This document shows positions 1-15,000 of a DNA stretch of 64,000 nucleotides, in pieces. The notes below the pieces were generated by a model. The model was not told where the DNA came from, did no database searches, and saw only the letters and a program-made list of their open reading frames with translations. Position 1 is the first letter of the stretch, and each line of letters begins with the position of its first letter. This stretch comes from Balanoglossus misakiensis (Eukaryota; Animalia; Hemichordata): NCBI GenBank assembly GCA_040954595.2, contig CM082576.2, forward strand, positions 18,957,028-19,021,027, written 5' to 3'. Both the position numbers and the translations under genes were made by a program.

Positions 1-3000
1 TCAACGAACCCATGATTTTTTTTCAAAAAAGGACAAAATTTTGAGATTTTGCAAAGTCGAAAATTTGTCATTTTTTGATGATTTTCACCCATGATTTTTT
101 TTCAAAAATCGACAAAATTTTGAGATTTTGCAAAGTCGAAAATTTGTCATTTTTTGATGATTTTCACCATGATTTTTTTTTTAAAAATCGAGGAAATTTT
201 GAGATTTTGCAAAGACGAAAATTTGTCATTTTTTGATGATTTTCACCCATGATTTTTTTTCAAAAATGTACGAAATTTTGAGATTTTGCAAAGTCGAAAA
301 TTTGTCGTTTTTTGATGATTTTCACCCATGATTTTTTTCAAAAATCGACAAAATTTTGAGATTTTGCAAAGACGAAAATTTGTCATTTTTTGATGATTTT
401 CACCCATGATTTTTTTCAAAAATCGACGAAATTTTGAGATTTTGCAAAGTCGAAAATTTGTCATTTTTTGATGATTTTCACCCATGATTTTTTTTCAAAA
501 ATCGACGAAATTTTGAGATTTTGCAAAGTCGAAAATTTGTCATTTTTTAATGATTTTCACCCATGATTTTTTTTCAAAAATCGACAAAATTTTGAGATTT
601 TGCAAAGTCGAAAATTTGTAATTTTTTGATGATTTTCACCCTTGTTTTTTTTCAAAATTGAACGAACCCATGATTTTTTTCAAAAATCGACGAAATTTTG
701 AGATTTTGCAAAGTCGAAAATTTGTCATTTTTTGATGATTTTCACCCATGATTTTTTTCAAAAATCGACAAAATTTTTAGATTTTGCAAATTCGAAAATT
801 TGTCATTTTTTGATTATTTTCACCCATGATTTTTTTCAAAAATCGACAAAACTTTTAGATTTTGCAAAGTCGAAAATTTGTCATTTTTTGATGATTTTCA
901 CCATGATTTTTTTTTAAAAATCGACGAAATTTTGAGATTTTGCAAAGACGAAAATTTGTCATATTTTGATGATTTTCACCCATGTTTTTTTTCAAAAATC
1001 AACGAACCCATGATTTTTTTTCAAAAAAGGACAAAATTTTGAGATTTTGCAAAGTCGAAAATTTGTCATTTATTAATGATTTTCACCCATGATTTTTTTT
1101 CAAAAATCGACAAAATTTTGAGATTTTGCAAAGTCGAAAATTTGTAATTTTTTGATGATTTTCACCCATGTTTTTTTTTCAAAATTGAACGAACCCATGA
1201 TTTTTTTCAAAAATCGACGAAATTTTGAGATTTTGCAAAGTCGAAAATTTGTCATTTTTTGATGATTTTCACCCATGATTTTTTTCAAAAATCGACAAAA
1301 TTTTTAGATTTTGCAAAGTCGAAAATTTGTCATTTTTTGATTATTTTCACCCATGATTTTTTTCAAAAATCGACAAAATTTTTAGATTTTGCAAAGTCGA
1401 AAATTTGTCATTTTTTGATGATTTTCACCATGATTTTTTTTTTAAAAATCGACGATATTTTGAGATTTTGCAAAGACGAAAATTTGTCATTTTTTGATGA
1501 TTTTCACCCATGATTTTTTTTCAAAAATGTACGAAATTTTGAGATTTTGCAAAGTCGAAAATTTGTCGTTTTTTGATGATTTTCACCCATGATTTTTTTC
1601 AAAAGTCGACGAAATTTTGAGATTTTGCAAAGACAAAATTTTTTCATTTTTTGATGATTTTCACCCGTGATTTTTTTCAAAAATCGACAAAATTTTGAGA
1701 TTTTGCAAAGTCGAAAATTTGACATTTTTTGATGATTTTCACCCATGTTTTTTTTCAAAAATCAACGAACCCATGATTTTTTTTCAAAAATCGACGAAAT
1801 TTAGAGATTTTGCAAAGTCGAAAATTTGTCATTTCTTAATGATTTTCACCCATGTTTTTTTTTCAAAAATCGACAAAATTTTGAGATTTTGCAAAGTCGA
1901 AAATTTGTAATTTTTTGATGATTTTCACCAATGTTTTTTTTAAAAATCAACGAACCCATGATTTTTTTCAAAAATTGACAACATTTTGAGATTTTGCAAA
2001 GTCGAAAATTTGTCATTTTTTGATGATTTTCACCCATGATTTTTCTCAAAAATCGACGAAATTTTGAGATTTTGGAAAGTCGAAAATTTGTCATTTTTTG
2101 ATGATTTTCACCATGATTTTTTTTTAGAAAATCGATGAAATTTTGAGATTTTGCAAAGTCGAAAATTTGTCATTTTTTGATGATTTTCACCCATGATTTT
2201 TTTTCAAAAATGTACGAAATTTTGAGATTTTGCAAAGTCGAAAATTTGTCATTTTTTGATGATTTTCACCCATGATTTTTTTCAAAAATCGACAAAATTT
2301 TGAGATTTTGCAAAGACGAAAATTTGTCATTTTTTGATGATTTTCACCCATGATTTTTTTCAAAAGTCGACGAAATTTTGAGATTTTGCAAAGACAAAAA
2401 TTTTTCATTTTTTGATGATTTTCACCCGTGATTTTTTTCAAAAATCGACAAAATTTTGAGATTTTGCAAAGTCGAAAATTTGACATTTTTTGATGATTTT
2501 CACCCATGTTTTTTTTCAAAAATCAACGAACCCATGATTTTTTTTTCAAAAATCGACGAAATTTAGAGATTTTGCAAAGTCGAAAATTTGTCATTTCTTA
2601 ATGATTTTCACCCATGTTTTTTTTTTCAAAAATCGACAAAATTTTGAGATTTTGCAAAGTCGAAAATTTGTCATTTTTTGGTGATTTTCACCAATGTTTT
2701 TTTTTAAAAATCAACGAACCCATGATTTTTTTCAAAAATTGACAACATTTTGAGATTTTGCAAAGTCGAAAATTTGTCATTTTTTGATGATTTTCACCCA
2801 TGATTTTTTTCAAAAATCGACGAAATTTTGAGATTTTGCAAAGTCGAAAATTTGTCATTTTTTGATTATTTTCACCCATGATTTTTTTCAAAAATCGACA
2901 CAATTTTTAGATTTTGCAAAGTCGAAAATTTGTCATTTTTTGATTATTTTCACCCATGATTTTTTTCAAAAATCGACAAAATTTTTAGATTTTGCAAAGT

Positions 3001-6000
3001 CGAAAATTTGTCATTTTTTGATGATTTTCACCATGATTTTTTTTTAAAAATCGACAAAATTTTGAGATTTTGCAAAGACGAAAATTTGTCATTTTTTGAT
3101 GATTTTCACCCATGTTTTTTTTCAAAAATCAACGAACCCATAATTTTTTTTCAAAAAAGGACAACATTTTGAGATTTTGCAAAGTCGAAAATTTGTAATT
3201 TTTTGATGATTTTCACCCATGATTTTTCTCAAAAATCGACGAAATTTTGAGATTTTGGAAAGTCGAAAATTTGTCATTTTTTGATGATTTTCACCCATGA
3301 TTTTTTTTTCAAAAATAGACAAAATTTTGAGATTTTGCAAAGTCGAAAATTTGTAATTTTTTGATGATTTTCACCCATGTTTTTTTCAAAATTGAACGAA
3401 CCCATGATTTTTTTCAAAAATCGACGAAATTTTTAGATTTTGCAAAGTCGAAAATTTGTCATTTTTTGATGATTTTCACCCATGTTTTTTTTTTTCAAAA
3501 ATCGACGAAATTTTGAGATTTTGCAAATTCGAAAATTTGTAATTTTTTGATGATTTTCACCCATGTTTTTTTTCAAAAATCAACGAACCCATGATTTTTT
3601 TTCAAAAGAGGACAACATTTTGAGATTTTGCAAAGTCGAAAATTTGTCATTTTTTGATGATTTTCACCCATGATTTTTTTCAAAAATCGACGAAATTTTG
3701 AGATTTTGCAAAGTCGAAAATTTGTCATTTTTTGATGATTTTCACCCATGATTTTTTTTCAAAAATCGACGAAATTTTGAGATTTTGCAAAGTCGAAAAT
3801 TTGTCATTTATTAATGATTTTCACCCGTGATTTTTTTTCAAAAATCGACAAAATTTTGAGATTTTGCAAAGTCGAAAATTTGTAATTTTTTGATGATTTT
3901 CACCCATGTTTTTTTTCAAAATTGAACGAACCCATGATTTTTTTCAAAAATCGACGAAATTTTGAGATTTTGCAAAGTCGAAAATTTGTCATTTTTTGAT
4001 GATTTTCACCCATGATTTTTTTCAAAAATCGACAAAATTTTTAGATTTTGCAAAGTCGAAAATTTGTCATTTTTTGATTATTTTCACCCATGATTTTTTT
4101 CAAAAATCGACAAAACTTTTAGATTTTGCAAAGTCGAAAATTTGTCATTTTTTGATGATTTTCACCATGATTTTTTTTTAAAAATCGACGAAATTTTGAG
4201 ATTTTGCAAAGACGAAAATTTGTCATTTTTTGATGATTTTCTCCCATGTTTTTTTTCAAAAATCAACGAACCCATGATTTTTTTTCAAAAAAGGACAAAA
4301 TTTTGAGATTTTGCAAAGTCGAAAATTTGTCATTTATTAATGATTTTCACCCATGATTTTTTTTCAAAAATCGACAAAATTTTGAGATTTTGCAAAGTCG
4401 AAAATTTGTAATTTTTTGATGATTTTCACCCATGTTTTTTTTTAAAAATTGAACGAACCCATGATTTTTTTCAAAAATCGACGAAATTTTGAGATTTTGC
4501 AAAGTCGAAAATTTGTCATTTTTTGATGATTTTCACCCAAGACTTTTTTTCAAAAATTTACGAAATTTTGAGATTTTGCAAAGTCGAAAATTTGTCATTT
4601 TTTGATGATTTTCACCCATGTTTTTTTTCAAAAATCAACGAACCCATGATTTTTTTTCAAAAGAGGACAACATTTTGAGATTTTGCAAAGTCGAAAATTT
4701 GTCATTTTTTGATGATTTTCACCCATGATTTTTTTCAAAAATCGACGAAATTTTGAGATTTTGCAAAGTCGAAAATTTGTCATTTTTTGATGATTTTCAC
4801 CCATGATTTTTTTTCAAAAATCGACGAAATTTTGAGATTTTGCAAAGTCGAAAATTTGTCATTTTTTAATGATTTTCACCCATGATTTTTTTTCAAAAAT
4901 CGACAAAATTTTGAGATTTTGCAAAGTCGAAAATTTGTAATTTTTTGATGATTTTCACCCATGTTTTTTTTCAAAATTGAACGAACCCATGATTTTTTTC
5001 AAAAATCGACGAAATTTTGAGATTTTGCAAAGTCGAAAATTTGTCATTTTTTGATGATTTTCACCCATGATTTTTTTCAAAAATCGACAAAATTTTTAGA
5101 TTTTGCAAAGTCGAAAATTTGTCATTTTTTGATTATTTTCACCCATGATTTTTTTCAAAAATCGACAAAACTTTTAGATTTTGCAAAGTCGAAAATTTGT
5201 CATTTTTTGATGATTTTCACCATGATTTTTTTTTAAAAATCGACGAAATTTTGAGATTTTGCAAAGACGAAAATTTGTCATTTTTTGATGATTTTCACCC
5301 ATGTTTTTTTTCAAAAATCAACGAACCCATGATTTTTTTTCAAAAAAGGACAAAATTTTGAGATTTTGCAAAGTCGAAAATTTGTCATTTATTAATGATT
5401 TTCACCCATGATTTTTTTTTCAAAAATCGACAAAATTTTGAGATTTTGCAAAGTCGAAAATTTGTAATTTTTTGATGATTTTCACCCATGTTTTTTTTCA
5501 AAATTGAACGAACCCATTATTTTTTTCAAAAATCGACGAAATTTTGAGATTTTGCAAAGTCGAAAATTTGTCATTTTTTGATGATTTTCACCCATGATTT
5601 TTTTCAAAAATCGACAAAATTTTTAGATTTTGCAAAGTCGAAAATTTGTCATTTTTTGATTATTTTCACCCATGATTTTTTTCAAAAATCGACAAAATTT
5701 TTAGATTTTGCAAAGTCGAAAATTTGTCATTTTTTGATGATTTTCACCATGATTTTTTTTTTAAAAATCGACGAAATTTTGAGATTTTGCAAAGACGAAA
5801 ATTTGTCATTTTTTGATGATTTTCACCCATGATTTTTTTTCAAAAATGTACGAAATTTTGAGATTTTGCAAAGTCGAAAATTTGTCGTTTTTTGATGATT
5901 TTCACCCATGATTTTTTTCAAAAATCAACGAACCCATGATTTTTTTTCAAAAAAGGACAAAATTTTGAGATTTTGCAAAGTCGAAAATTTGTCATTTATT

Positions 6001-9000
6001 AATGATTTTCACCCATGATTTTTTTTTCAAAAATCGACAAAATTTTGAGATTTTGCAAAGTCGAAAATTTGTAATTTTTTGATGATTTTCACCCATGTTT
6101 TTTTTCAAAATTGAACGAACCCATTATTTTTTTCAAAAATCGACGAAATTTTGAGATTTTGCAAAGTCGAAAATTTGTCATTTTTTGATGATTTTCACCC
6201 ATGATTTTTTTCAAAAATCGACAAAATTTTTAGATTTTGCAAAGTCGAAAATTTGTCATTTTTTGATTATTTTCACCCATGATTTTTTTCAAAAATCGAC
6301 AAAATTTTTAGATTTTGCAAAGTCGAAAATTTGTCATTTTTTGATGATTTTCACCCATGTTTTTTTTCAAAATTGAACGAACCCATTATTTTTTTCAAAA
6401 ATCGACGAAATTTTGAGATTTTGCAAAGTCGAAAATTTGTCATTTTTTGATGATTTTCACCCATGATTTTTTTCAAAAATCGACAAAATTTTTAGATTTT
6501 GCAAAGTCGAAAATTTGTCATTTTTTGATTATTTTCACCCATGATTTTTTTCAAAAATCGACAAAATTTTTAGATTTTGCAAAGTCGAAAATTTGTCATT
6601 TTTTGATGATTTTCACCATGATTTTTTTTTTAAAAATCGACGAAATTTTGAGATTTTGCAAAGACGAAAATGTGTCATTTTTGGATGATTTTCACCCATG
6701 ATTTTTTTTCAAAAATGAACGAAATTTTGAGATTTTGCAAAGTCGAAAATTTGTCGTTTTTTGATGATTTTCACCCATGATTTTTTTCAAAAATCGACAA
6801 AATTTTGAGATTTTGCAAAGACGAAAATTTGTCATTTTTTGATGATTTTCACCCATGATTTTTTTCAAAAATCGACGAAATTTTGAGATTTTGCAAAGTC
6901 GAAAATTTGTCATTTTTTGATGATTTTCACCCATGATTTTTTTTCAAAAATCGACGAAATTTTGAGATTTTGCAAAGTCGAAAATTTGTCATTTTTTAAT
7001 GATTTTCACCCATGATTTTTTTTCAAAAATCGACAAAATTTTGAGATTTTGCAAAGTCGAAAATTTGTAATTTTTTGATGATTTTCACCCATGTTTTTTT
7101 TCAAAATTGAACGAACCCATGATTTTTTTCAAAAATCGACGAAATTTTGAGATTTTGCAAAGTCGAAAATTTGTCATTTTTTGATGATTTTCACCCATGA
7201 TTTTTTTCAAAAATCGACAAAATTTTTAGATTTTGCAAAGTCGAAAATTTGTCATTTTTTGATTATTTTCACCCATGATTTTTTTCAAAAATCGACGAAA
7301 TTTGAGATTTTGCAAATTCGAAAATTTGTAATTTTTTAATGATTTTCACCCTTTTTTTTCAAAAATCAACGAACCCATGATTTTTTTTCAAAAATCGACA
7401 AAATTTTGAGATTTTGCAAAGCCGAAAATTTGTCATTTTTTGATGATTTTCACCCATGATTTTTCTCAAAAATCGACGAAATTTTGAGATTTTGCAAAGT
7501 CGAAAATTTGTCATTTTTTGATGATTTTCACCCATGATTTTTTTTCAAAAATCGACGAAATTTTGAGATTTTGCAAAGTCGAAAATTTGTAATTTTTTGA
7601 TGATTTTCACCCATGTTTTTTTTCAAAATTGAACGAACCCATGATTTTTTTCAAAAATCGACGAAATTTTGAGATTTTGCAAAGTCGAAAATTTGTCATT
7701 TTTTGATGATTTTCACCCATGATTTTTTTCAAAAATCGACAAAATTTTTAGATTTTGCAAAGTCGAAAATTTGTCATTTTTTGATTATTTTCACCCATGA
7801 TTTTTTTTCAAAAATCGACAACATTTTTAGATTTTGCAAAGTCGAAAATTTGTAATTTTTTGATGATTTTCACCATGATTTTTTTTTAAAAAATTGACAA
7901 CATTTTGAGATTTTGCAAAGTCGAAAATTTGTCATTTTTTGATGATTTTCACCCATGATTTTTCTCAAAAATCGACGAAATTTTGAGATTTTGCAAAGTC
8001 GAAAATTTGTCATTTTTTGATGATTTTCACCCATGATTTTTTTTCAAAAATCTGCGAAATTTTGAGATTTTGCAAAGTCGAAAATTTGTCATTTTTTGAT
8101 GATTTTCACCCATGATTTTTTTTCAAAAAATCGACGAAATTTTGAGATTTTGCAAAGTCGAAAATTTGTCATTTTTTGATTATTTTCACCCATGATTTTT
8201 TTTTTCAAAAATCGACAAAATTTTGAGATTTTGCAAAGTCGAAAATGTGTCATTTTTTGATGATTTTCACCCATGATTTTTTTCAAAAATCGACGAAATT
8301 TGAGATTTTGCAAAGTCGAAAATTTGTCATTTTTTGATGATTTTTACCCATGATTTTTTTTTCAAAAATCGACCAAATTTTGAGATTTTGCAAAGCCGAA
8401 AATTTGTCATTTTTTGATGATTTTCACCCATGATTTTTCTCAAAAATCGACGAAATTTTGAGATTTTGCAAAGTCGAAAATTTTTCATTTTTTGATGATT
8501 TTCACCCATGATTTTTCTCAAAAATTGACCAAATTTTGAGATTTTGCAAAGTCGAAAATTTGTCATTTTTTGATGTTTTTTCACCCATGTTTTTTTCAAA
8601 ATTGAACGAACCCATGATTTTTTTCAAAAATCGACAAAATTTTGAGATTTTGCAAAGACGAAAATTTGTCATTTTTTGATGATTTTCACCCATGATTTTT
8701 TTCAAAAGTCGACGAAATTTTGAGATTTTGCAAAGACAAAAATTTTTCATTTTTTGATGATTTTCACCCGTGATTTTTTTCAAAAATCGACAAAATTTGG
8801 AGATTTTGCAAAGTCGAAAATTTGACATTTTTTGATGATTTTCACCCGTTTTTTTTTAAAAATCAACGAACCTATGATTTTTTTTCAAAAATCGACGAAA
8901 TTTAGAGATTTTGCAAAGTCGAAAATTTGTCATTTCTTAATGATTTTCACCCATGTTTTTTTTTCAAAAATCGACAAAATTTTCAGATTTTGCAAAGTCG

Positions 9001-12000
9001 AAAATTTGTAATTTTTTGATGATTTTCACCAATGTTTTTTTTTAAAAATCAACGAACCCATGATTTTTTTCAAAAATTGACAACATTTTGAGATTTTGCA
9101 AAGTCGAAAATTTGTCGTTTTTTGATGATTTTCACCCATGATTTTTTTCAAAAATCGACGAAATTTGAGATTTTGCAAATTCGAAAATTTGTAATTTTTT
9201 AATGATTTTCACCCTTTTTTTTCAAAAATCAACGAACCCATGATTTTTTTTCAAAAATCGACAAAATTTTGAGATTTTGCAAAGCCGAAAATTTGTCATT
9301 TTTTGATGATTTTCACCCATGATTTTTCTCAAAAATCGACGAAATTTTGAGATTTTGCAAAGTCGAAAATTTGTCATTTTTTGATGATTTTCACCCATGA
9401 TTTTTTTTCAAAAATCGACGAAATTTTGAGATTTTGCAAAGTCGAAAATTTGTAATTTTTTGATGATTTTCACCCATGTTTTTTTTCAAAATTGAACGAA
9501 CCCATGATTTTTTTCAAAAATCGACGAAATTTTGAGATTTTGCAAAGTCGAAAATTTGTCATTTTTTGATGATTTTCACCCATGATTTTTTTCAAAAATC
9601 GACAAAATTTTTAGATTTTGCAAAGTCGAAAATTTGTCATTTTTTGATTATTTTCACCCATGATTTTTTTTCAAAAATCGACAACATTTTTAGATTTTGC
9701 AAAGTCGAAAATTTGTAATTTTTTGATGATTTTCACCATGATTTTTTTTTTAAAAATTGACAACATTTTGAGATTTTGCAAAGTCGAAAATTTGTCATTT
9801 TTTGATGATTTTCACCCATGATTTTTCTCAAAAATCGACGAAATTTTGAGATTTTGCAAAGTCGAAAATTTTTCATTTTTTGATGATTTTCACCCATGAT
9901 TTTTTTCAAAAATCTACGAAATTTTGAGATTTTGCAAAGTCGAAAATTTGTCATTTATTAATGATTTTCACCCATGATTTTTTTCAAAAATCGACGAAAT
10001 TTGAGATTTTGCAAATTCGAAAATTTGTAATTTTTTAATGATTTTCACCCTTTTTTTTCAAAAATCAACGAACCCATGATTTTTTTTCAAAAATCGACAA
10101 AATTTTGAGATTTTGCAAAGCCGAAAATTTGTCATTTTTTGATGATTTTCACCCATGATTTTTTTTAAAAAAATCGACGAAATTTTGAGATTTTGCAAAG
10201 TCGAAAATTTGTCATTTTTTGTGATTTTCACCCATGATTTTTTTCAAAAATCGACGAAATTTGAGATTTTGCAAAGTCAAAAATTTGTCATTTTTTGATG
10301 ATTTTCACCCATGATTTTTTTCAAAAATCGACGAAATTTTGAGATTTTGCAAAGTCGAAAATGTGTCATTTTTTGATGATTTTCACCCATGATTTTTTTC
10401 AAAAATCGACGAAATTTGAGATTTTGCAAAGTCGAAAATTTGTCATTTTTTGATGATTTTTACCCATGATTTTTTTTTCAAAAATCGACCAAATTTTGAG
10501 ATTTTGCAATGCCGAAAATTTGTCATTTTTTGATGATTTTCACCCATGATTTTTCTCAAAAATCGAGGAAATTTTGAGATTTTGCAAAGTCGAAAATTTT
10601 TCATTTTTTGATGATTTTCACCCATGATTTTTCTCAAAAATTGACGAAATTTTGAGATTTTGCAAAGTCGAAAATTTGTCATTTTTTGATGATTTTCACC
10701 CATGTTTTTTTCAAAATTGAACGAACCCATGATTTTTTTCAAAAATCGACAAAATTTTGAGATTTTGCAAAGACGAAAATTTGTCATTTTTTGATGATTT
10801 TCACCCATGATTTTTTTCAAAAGTCTGCGAAATTTTGAGATTTTGCAAAGACGAAAATTTGTCATTTTTTGATGATTTTCACCCATGATTTTTTTCAAAA
10901 ATCTGCGAAATTTTGAGATTTTGCAAAGTCGAAAATTTGTCATTTATTAATGATTTTCACCCATGATTTTTTTCAAAAATCGACGAAATTTGAGATTTTG
11001 CAAATTCGAAAATTTGTAATTTTTTAATGATTTTCACCTTTTTTTTTCAAAAATCAACGAACCCATGATTTTTTTTCAAAAATCGACAAAATTTTGAGAT
11101 TTTGCAAAGCCGAAAATTTGTCATTTTTTGATGATTTTCACCCATGATTTTTTTCAAAAATCGACGAAATTTGAGATTTTGCAAAGTCGAAAATTTGTCA
11201 TTTTTTGATGATTTTCACCCATGATTTTTTTCAAAAATCGACGAAATTTTGAGATTTTGCAAAGTCGAAAATTTGTCATTTTTTGATGATTTTCACCCAT
11301 GATTTTTTTTCAAAAATCTGCGAAATTTTGAGATTTTGCAAAGTCGAAAATTTGTCATTTTTTGATGATTTTCACCCATGATTTTTTTTCAAAAAATCGA
11401 CGAAATTTTGAGATTTTGCAAAGTCGAAAATTTGTCATTTTTTGATTATTTTCACCCATGATTTTTTTTTTCAAAAATCGACAAAATTTTGAGATTTTGC
11501 AAAGTCGAAAATGTGTCATTTTTTGATGATTTTCACCCATGATTTTTTTCAAAAATCGACGAAATTTGAGATTTTGCAAAGTCGAAAATTTGTCATTTTT
11601 TGATGATTTTTACCCATGATTTTTTTTTCAAAAATCGACCAAATTTTGAGATTTTGCAAAGCCGAAAATTTGTCATTTTTTGATGATTTTCACCCATGAT
11701 TTTTCTCAAAAATCGACGAAATTTTGAGATTTTGCAAAGTCGAAAATTTTTCATTTTTTGATGATTTTCACCCATGATTTTTCTCAAAAATTGACGAAAT
11801 TTTGAGATTTTGCAAAGTCGAAAATTTGTCATTTTTTGATGATTTTCACCCATGTTTTTTTCAAAATTGAACGAACCCATGATTTTTTTCAAAAATCGAC
11901 AAAATTTTGAGATTTTGCAAAGACGAAAATTTGTCATTTTTTGATGATTTTCACCCATGATTTTTTTCAAAAGTCGACGAAATTTTGAGATTTTGCAAAG

Positions 12001-15000
12001 ACAAAAATTTTTCATTTTTTGATGATTTTCACCCGTGATTGTTTTCAAAAATCGACAAAATTTTGAGATTTTGCAAAGTCGAAAATTTGACATTTTTTGA
12101 TGATTTTCACCCATGTTTTTTTTCAAAAATCAACGAACCTATGATTTTTTTTCAAAAATCGACGAAATTTAGAGATTTTGCAAAGTCGAAAATTTGTCAT
12201 TTCTTAATGATTTTCACCCATGTTTTTTTTTCAAAAATCGACAAAATTTTCAGATTTTGCAAAGTCGAAAATTTGTAATTTTTTGATGATTTTCACCAAT
12301 GTTTTTTTTTAAAAATCAACGAACCCATGATTTTTTTCAAAAATTGACAACATTTTGAGATTTTGCAAAGTCGAAAATTTGTAATTTTTTAATGATTTTC
12401 ACCCTTTTTTTTCAAAAATCAACGAACCCATGATTTTTTTTCAAAAATCGACAAAATTTTGAGATTTTGCAAAGCCGAAAATTTGTCATTTTTTGATGAT
12501 TTTCACCCATGATTTTTTTCAAAAATCGACGAAATTTTGAGATTTTGCAAAGTCGAAAATTTGTCATTTTTTGATGATTTTCACCCATGATTTTTTTCAA
12601 AAATCGACGAAATTTGAGATTTTGCAAAGTCAAAAATTTGTCATTTTTTGATGATTTTCACCCATGATTTTTTTCAAAAATCGACGAAATTTTGAGATTT
12701 TGCAATGCCGAAAATTTGTCATTTTTTGATGATTTTCACCCATGATTTTTCTCAAAAATCGAGGAAATTTTGAGATTTTGCAAAGTCGAAAATTTTTCAT
12801 TTTTTGATGATTTTCACCCATGATTTTTCTCAAAAATTGACGAAATTTTGAGATTTTGCAAAGTCGAAAATTTGTCATTTTTTGATGATTTTCACCCATG
12901 TTTTTTTCAAAATTGAACGAACCCATGATTTTTTTCAAAAATCGACAAAATTTTGAGATTTTGCAAAGACGAAAATTTGTCATTTTTTGATGATTTTCAC
13001 CCATGATTTTTTTCAAAAGTCTGCGAAATTTTGAGATTTTGCAAAGACGAAAATTTGTCATTTTTTGATGATTTTCACCCATGATTTTTTTCAAAAATCG
13101 ACGAAATTTGAGATTTTGCAAAGTCGAAAATTTGTCATTTTTTGATGATTTTTACCCATGATTTTTTTTTCAAAAATCGACCAAATTTTGAGATTTTGCA
13201 AAGCCGAAAATTTGTCATTTTTTGATGATTTTCACCCATGATTTTTCTCAAAAATCGACGAAATTTTGAGATTTTGCAAAGTCGAAATTTTTTTATTTTT
13301 TGATGATTTTCACCCATGATTTTTCTCAAAAATTGACGAAATTTTGAGATTTTGCAAAGTCGAAAATTTGTCATTTTTTGATGATTTTCACCCATGTTTT
13401 TTTCAAAATTGAACGAACCCATGATTTTTTTCAAAAATCGACAAAATTTTGAGATTTTGCAAAGACGAAAATTTGTCATTTTTTGATGATTTTCACCCAT
13501 GATTTTTTTCAAAAGTCGACGAAATTTTGAGATTCTGCAAAGTCGAAAATTTGTCATTTTTTGATGATTTTCACCCATGATTTTTTTCAAAAATCTACGA
13601 AATTTTGAGATTTTGCAAAGTCGAAAATTTGTCATTTTTTGATGATTTTCACCCATGATTTTTTTCAAAAATCTGCGAAATTTTGAGATTTTGCAAAGTC
13701 GAAAATTTGTCATTTATTAATGATTTTCACCCATGATTTTTTTCAAAAATCGACGAAATTTGAGATTTTGCAAATTCGAAAATTTGTAATTTTTTAATGA
13801 TTTTCACCCTTTTTTTCAAAAATCAACGAACCCATGATTTTTTTTCAAAAATCGACAAAATTTTGAGATTTTGCAAAGCCGAAAATTTGTCATTTTTTGA
13901 TGATTTTCACCCATGATTTTTTTCAAAAATCGACGAAATTTTGAGATTTTGCAAAGTCGAAAATTTGTCATTTTTTGATGATTTTCACCCATGATTTTTT
14001 TCAAAAATCGACGAAATTTGAGATTTTGCAAAGTCGAAAATTTGTCATTTTTCAAAAATCGACGAAATTTTGAGATTTTGCAAAGTCGAAAATTTGTCAT
14101 TTTTTGATGATTTTCACCCATGATTTTTTTCAAAAATCTGCGAAATTTTGAGATTTTGCAAAGTCGAAAATTTGTCATTTTTTGATGATTTTCACCCATG
14201 ATTTTTTTTCAAAAAATCGACGAAATTTTGAGATTTTGCAAAGTCGAAAATTTGTCATTTTTTGATTATTTTCACCCATGATTTTTTTTTTCAAAAATCG
14301 ACAAAATTTTGAGATTTTGCAAAGTCGAAAATGTGTCATTTTTTGATGATTTTCACCCATGATTTTTTTCAAAAATCGACGAAATTTGAGATTTTGCAAA
14401 GTCGAAAATTTGTCATTTTTTGATGATTTTTACCCATGATTTTTTTTTCAAAAATCGACCAAATTTTGAGATTTTGCATAGCCGAAAATTTGTCATTTTT
14501 TGATGATTTTCACCCATGATTTTTCTCAAAAATCGACGAAATTTTGAGATTTTGCAAAGTCGAAAATTTTTCATTTTTTGATGATTTTCACCCATGATTT
14601 TTCTCAAAAATTGACGAAATTTTGAGATTTTGCAAAGTCGAAAATTTGTCATTTTTTGATGATTTTCACCCATGTTTTTTTCAAAATTGAACGAACCCAT
14701 GATTTTTTTCAAAAATCGACAAAATTTTGAGATTTTGCAAAGACGAAAATTTGTCATTTTTTGATGATTTTCACCCATGATTTTTTTCAAAAGTCGACGA
14801 AATTTTGAGATTTTGCAAAGACAAAAATTTTTCATTTTTTGATGATTTTCACCCGTGATTTTTTTCAAAAATCGACAAAATTTTGAAATTTTGCAAAGTC
14901 GAAAATTTGACATTTTTTGATGATTTTCACCCATGTTTTTTTTCAAAAATCAACGAACCTATGATTTTTTTTCAAAAATCGACGAAATTTAGAGATTTTG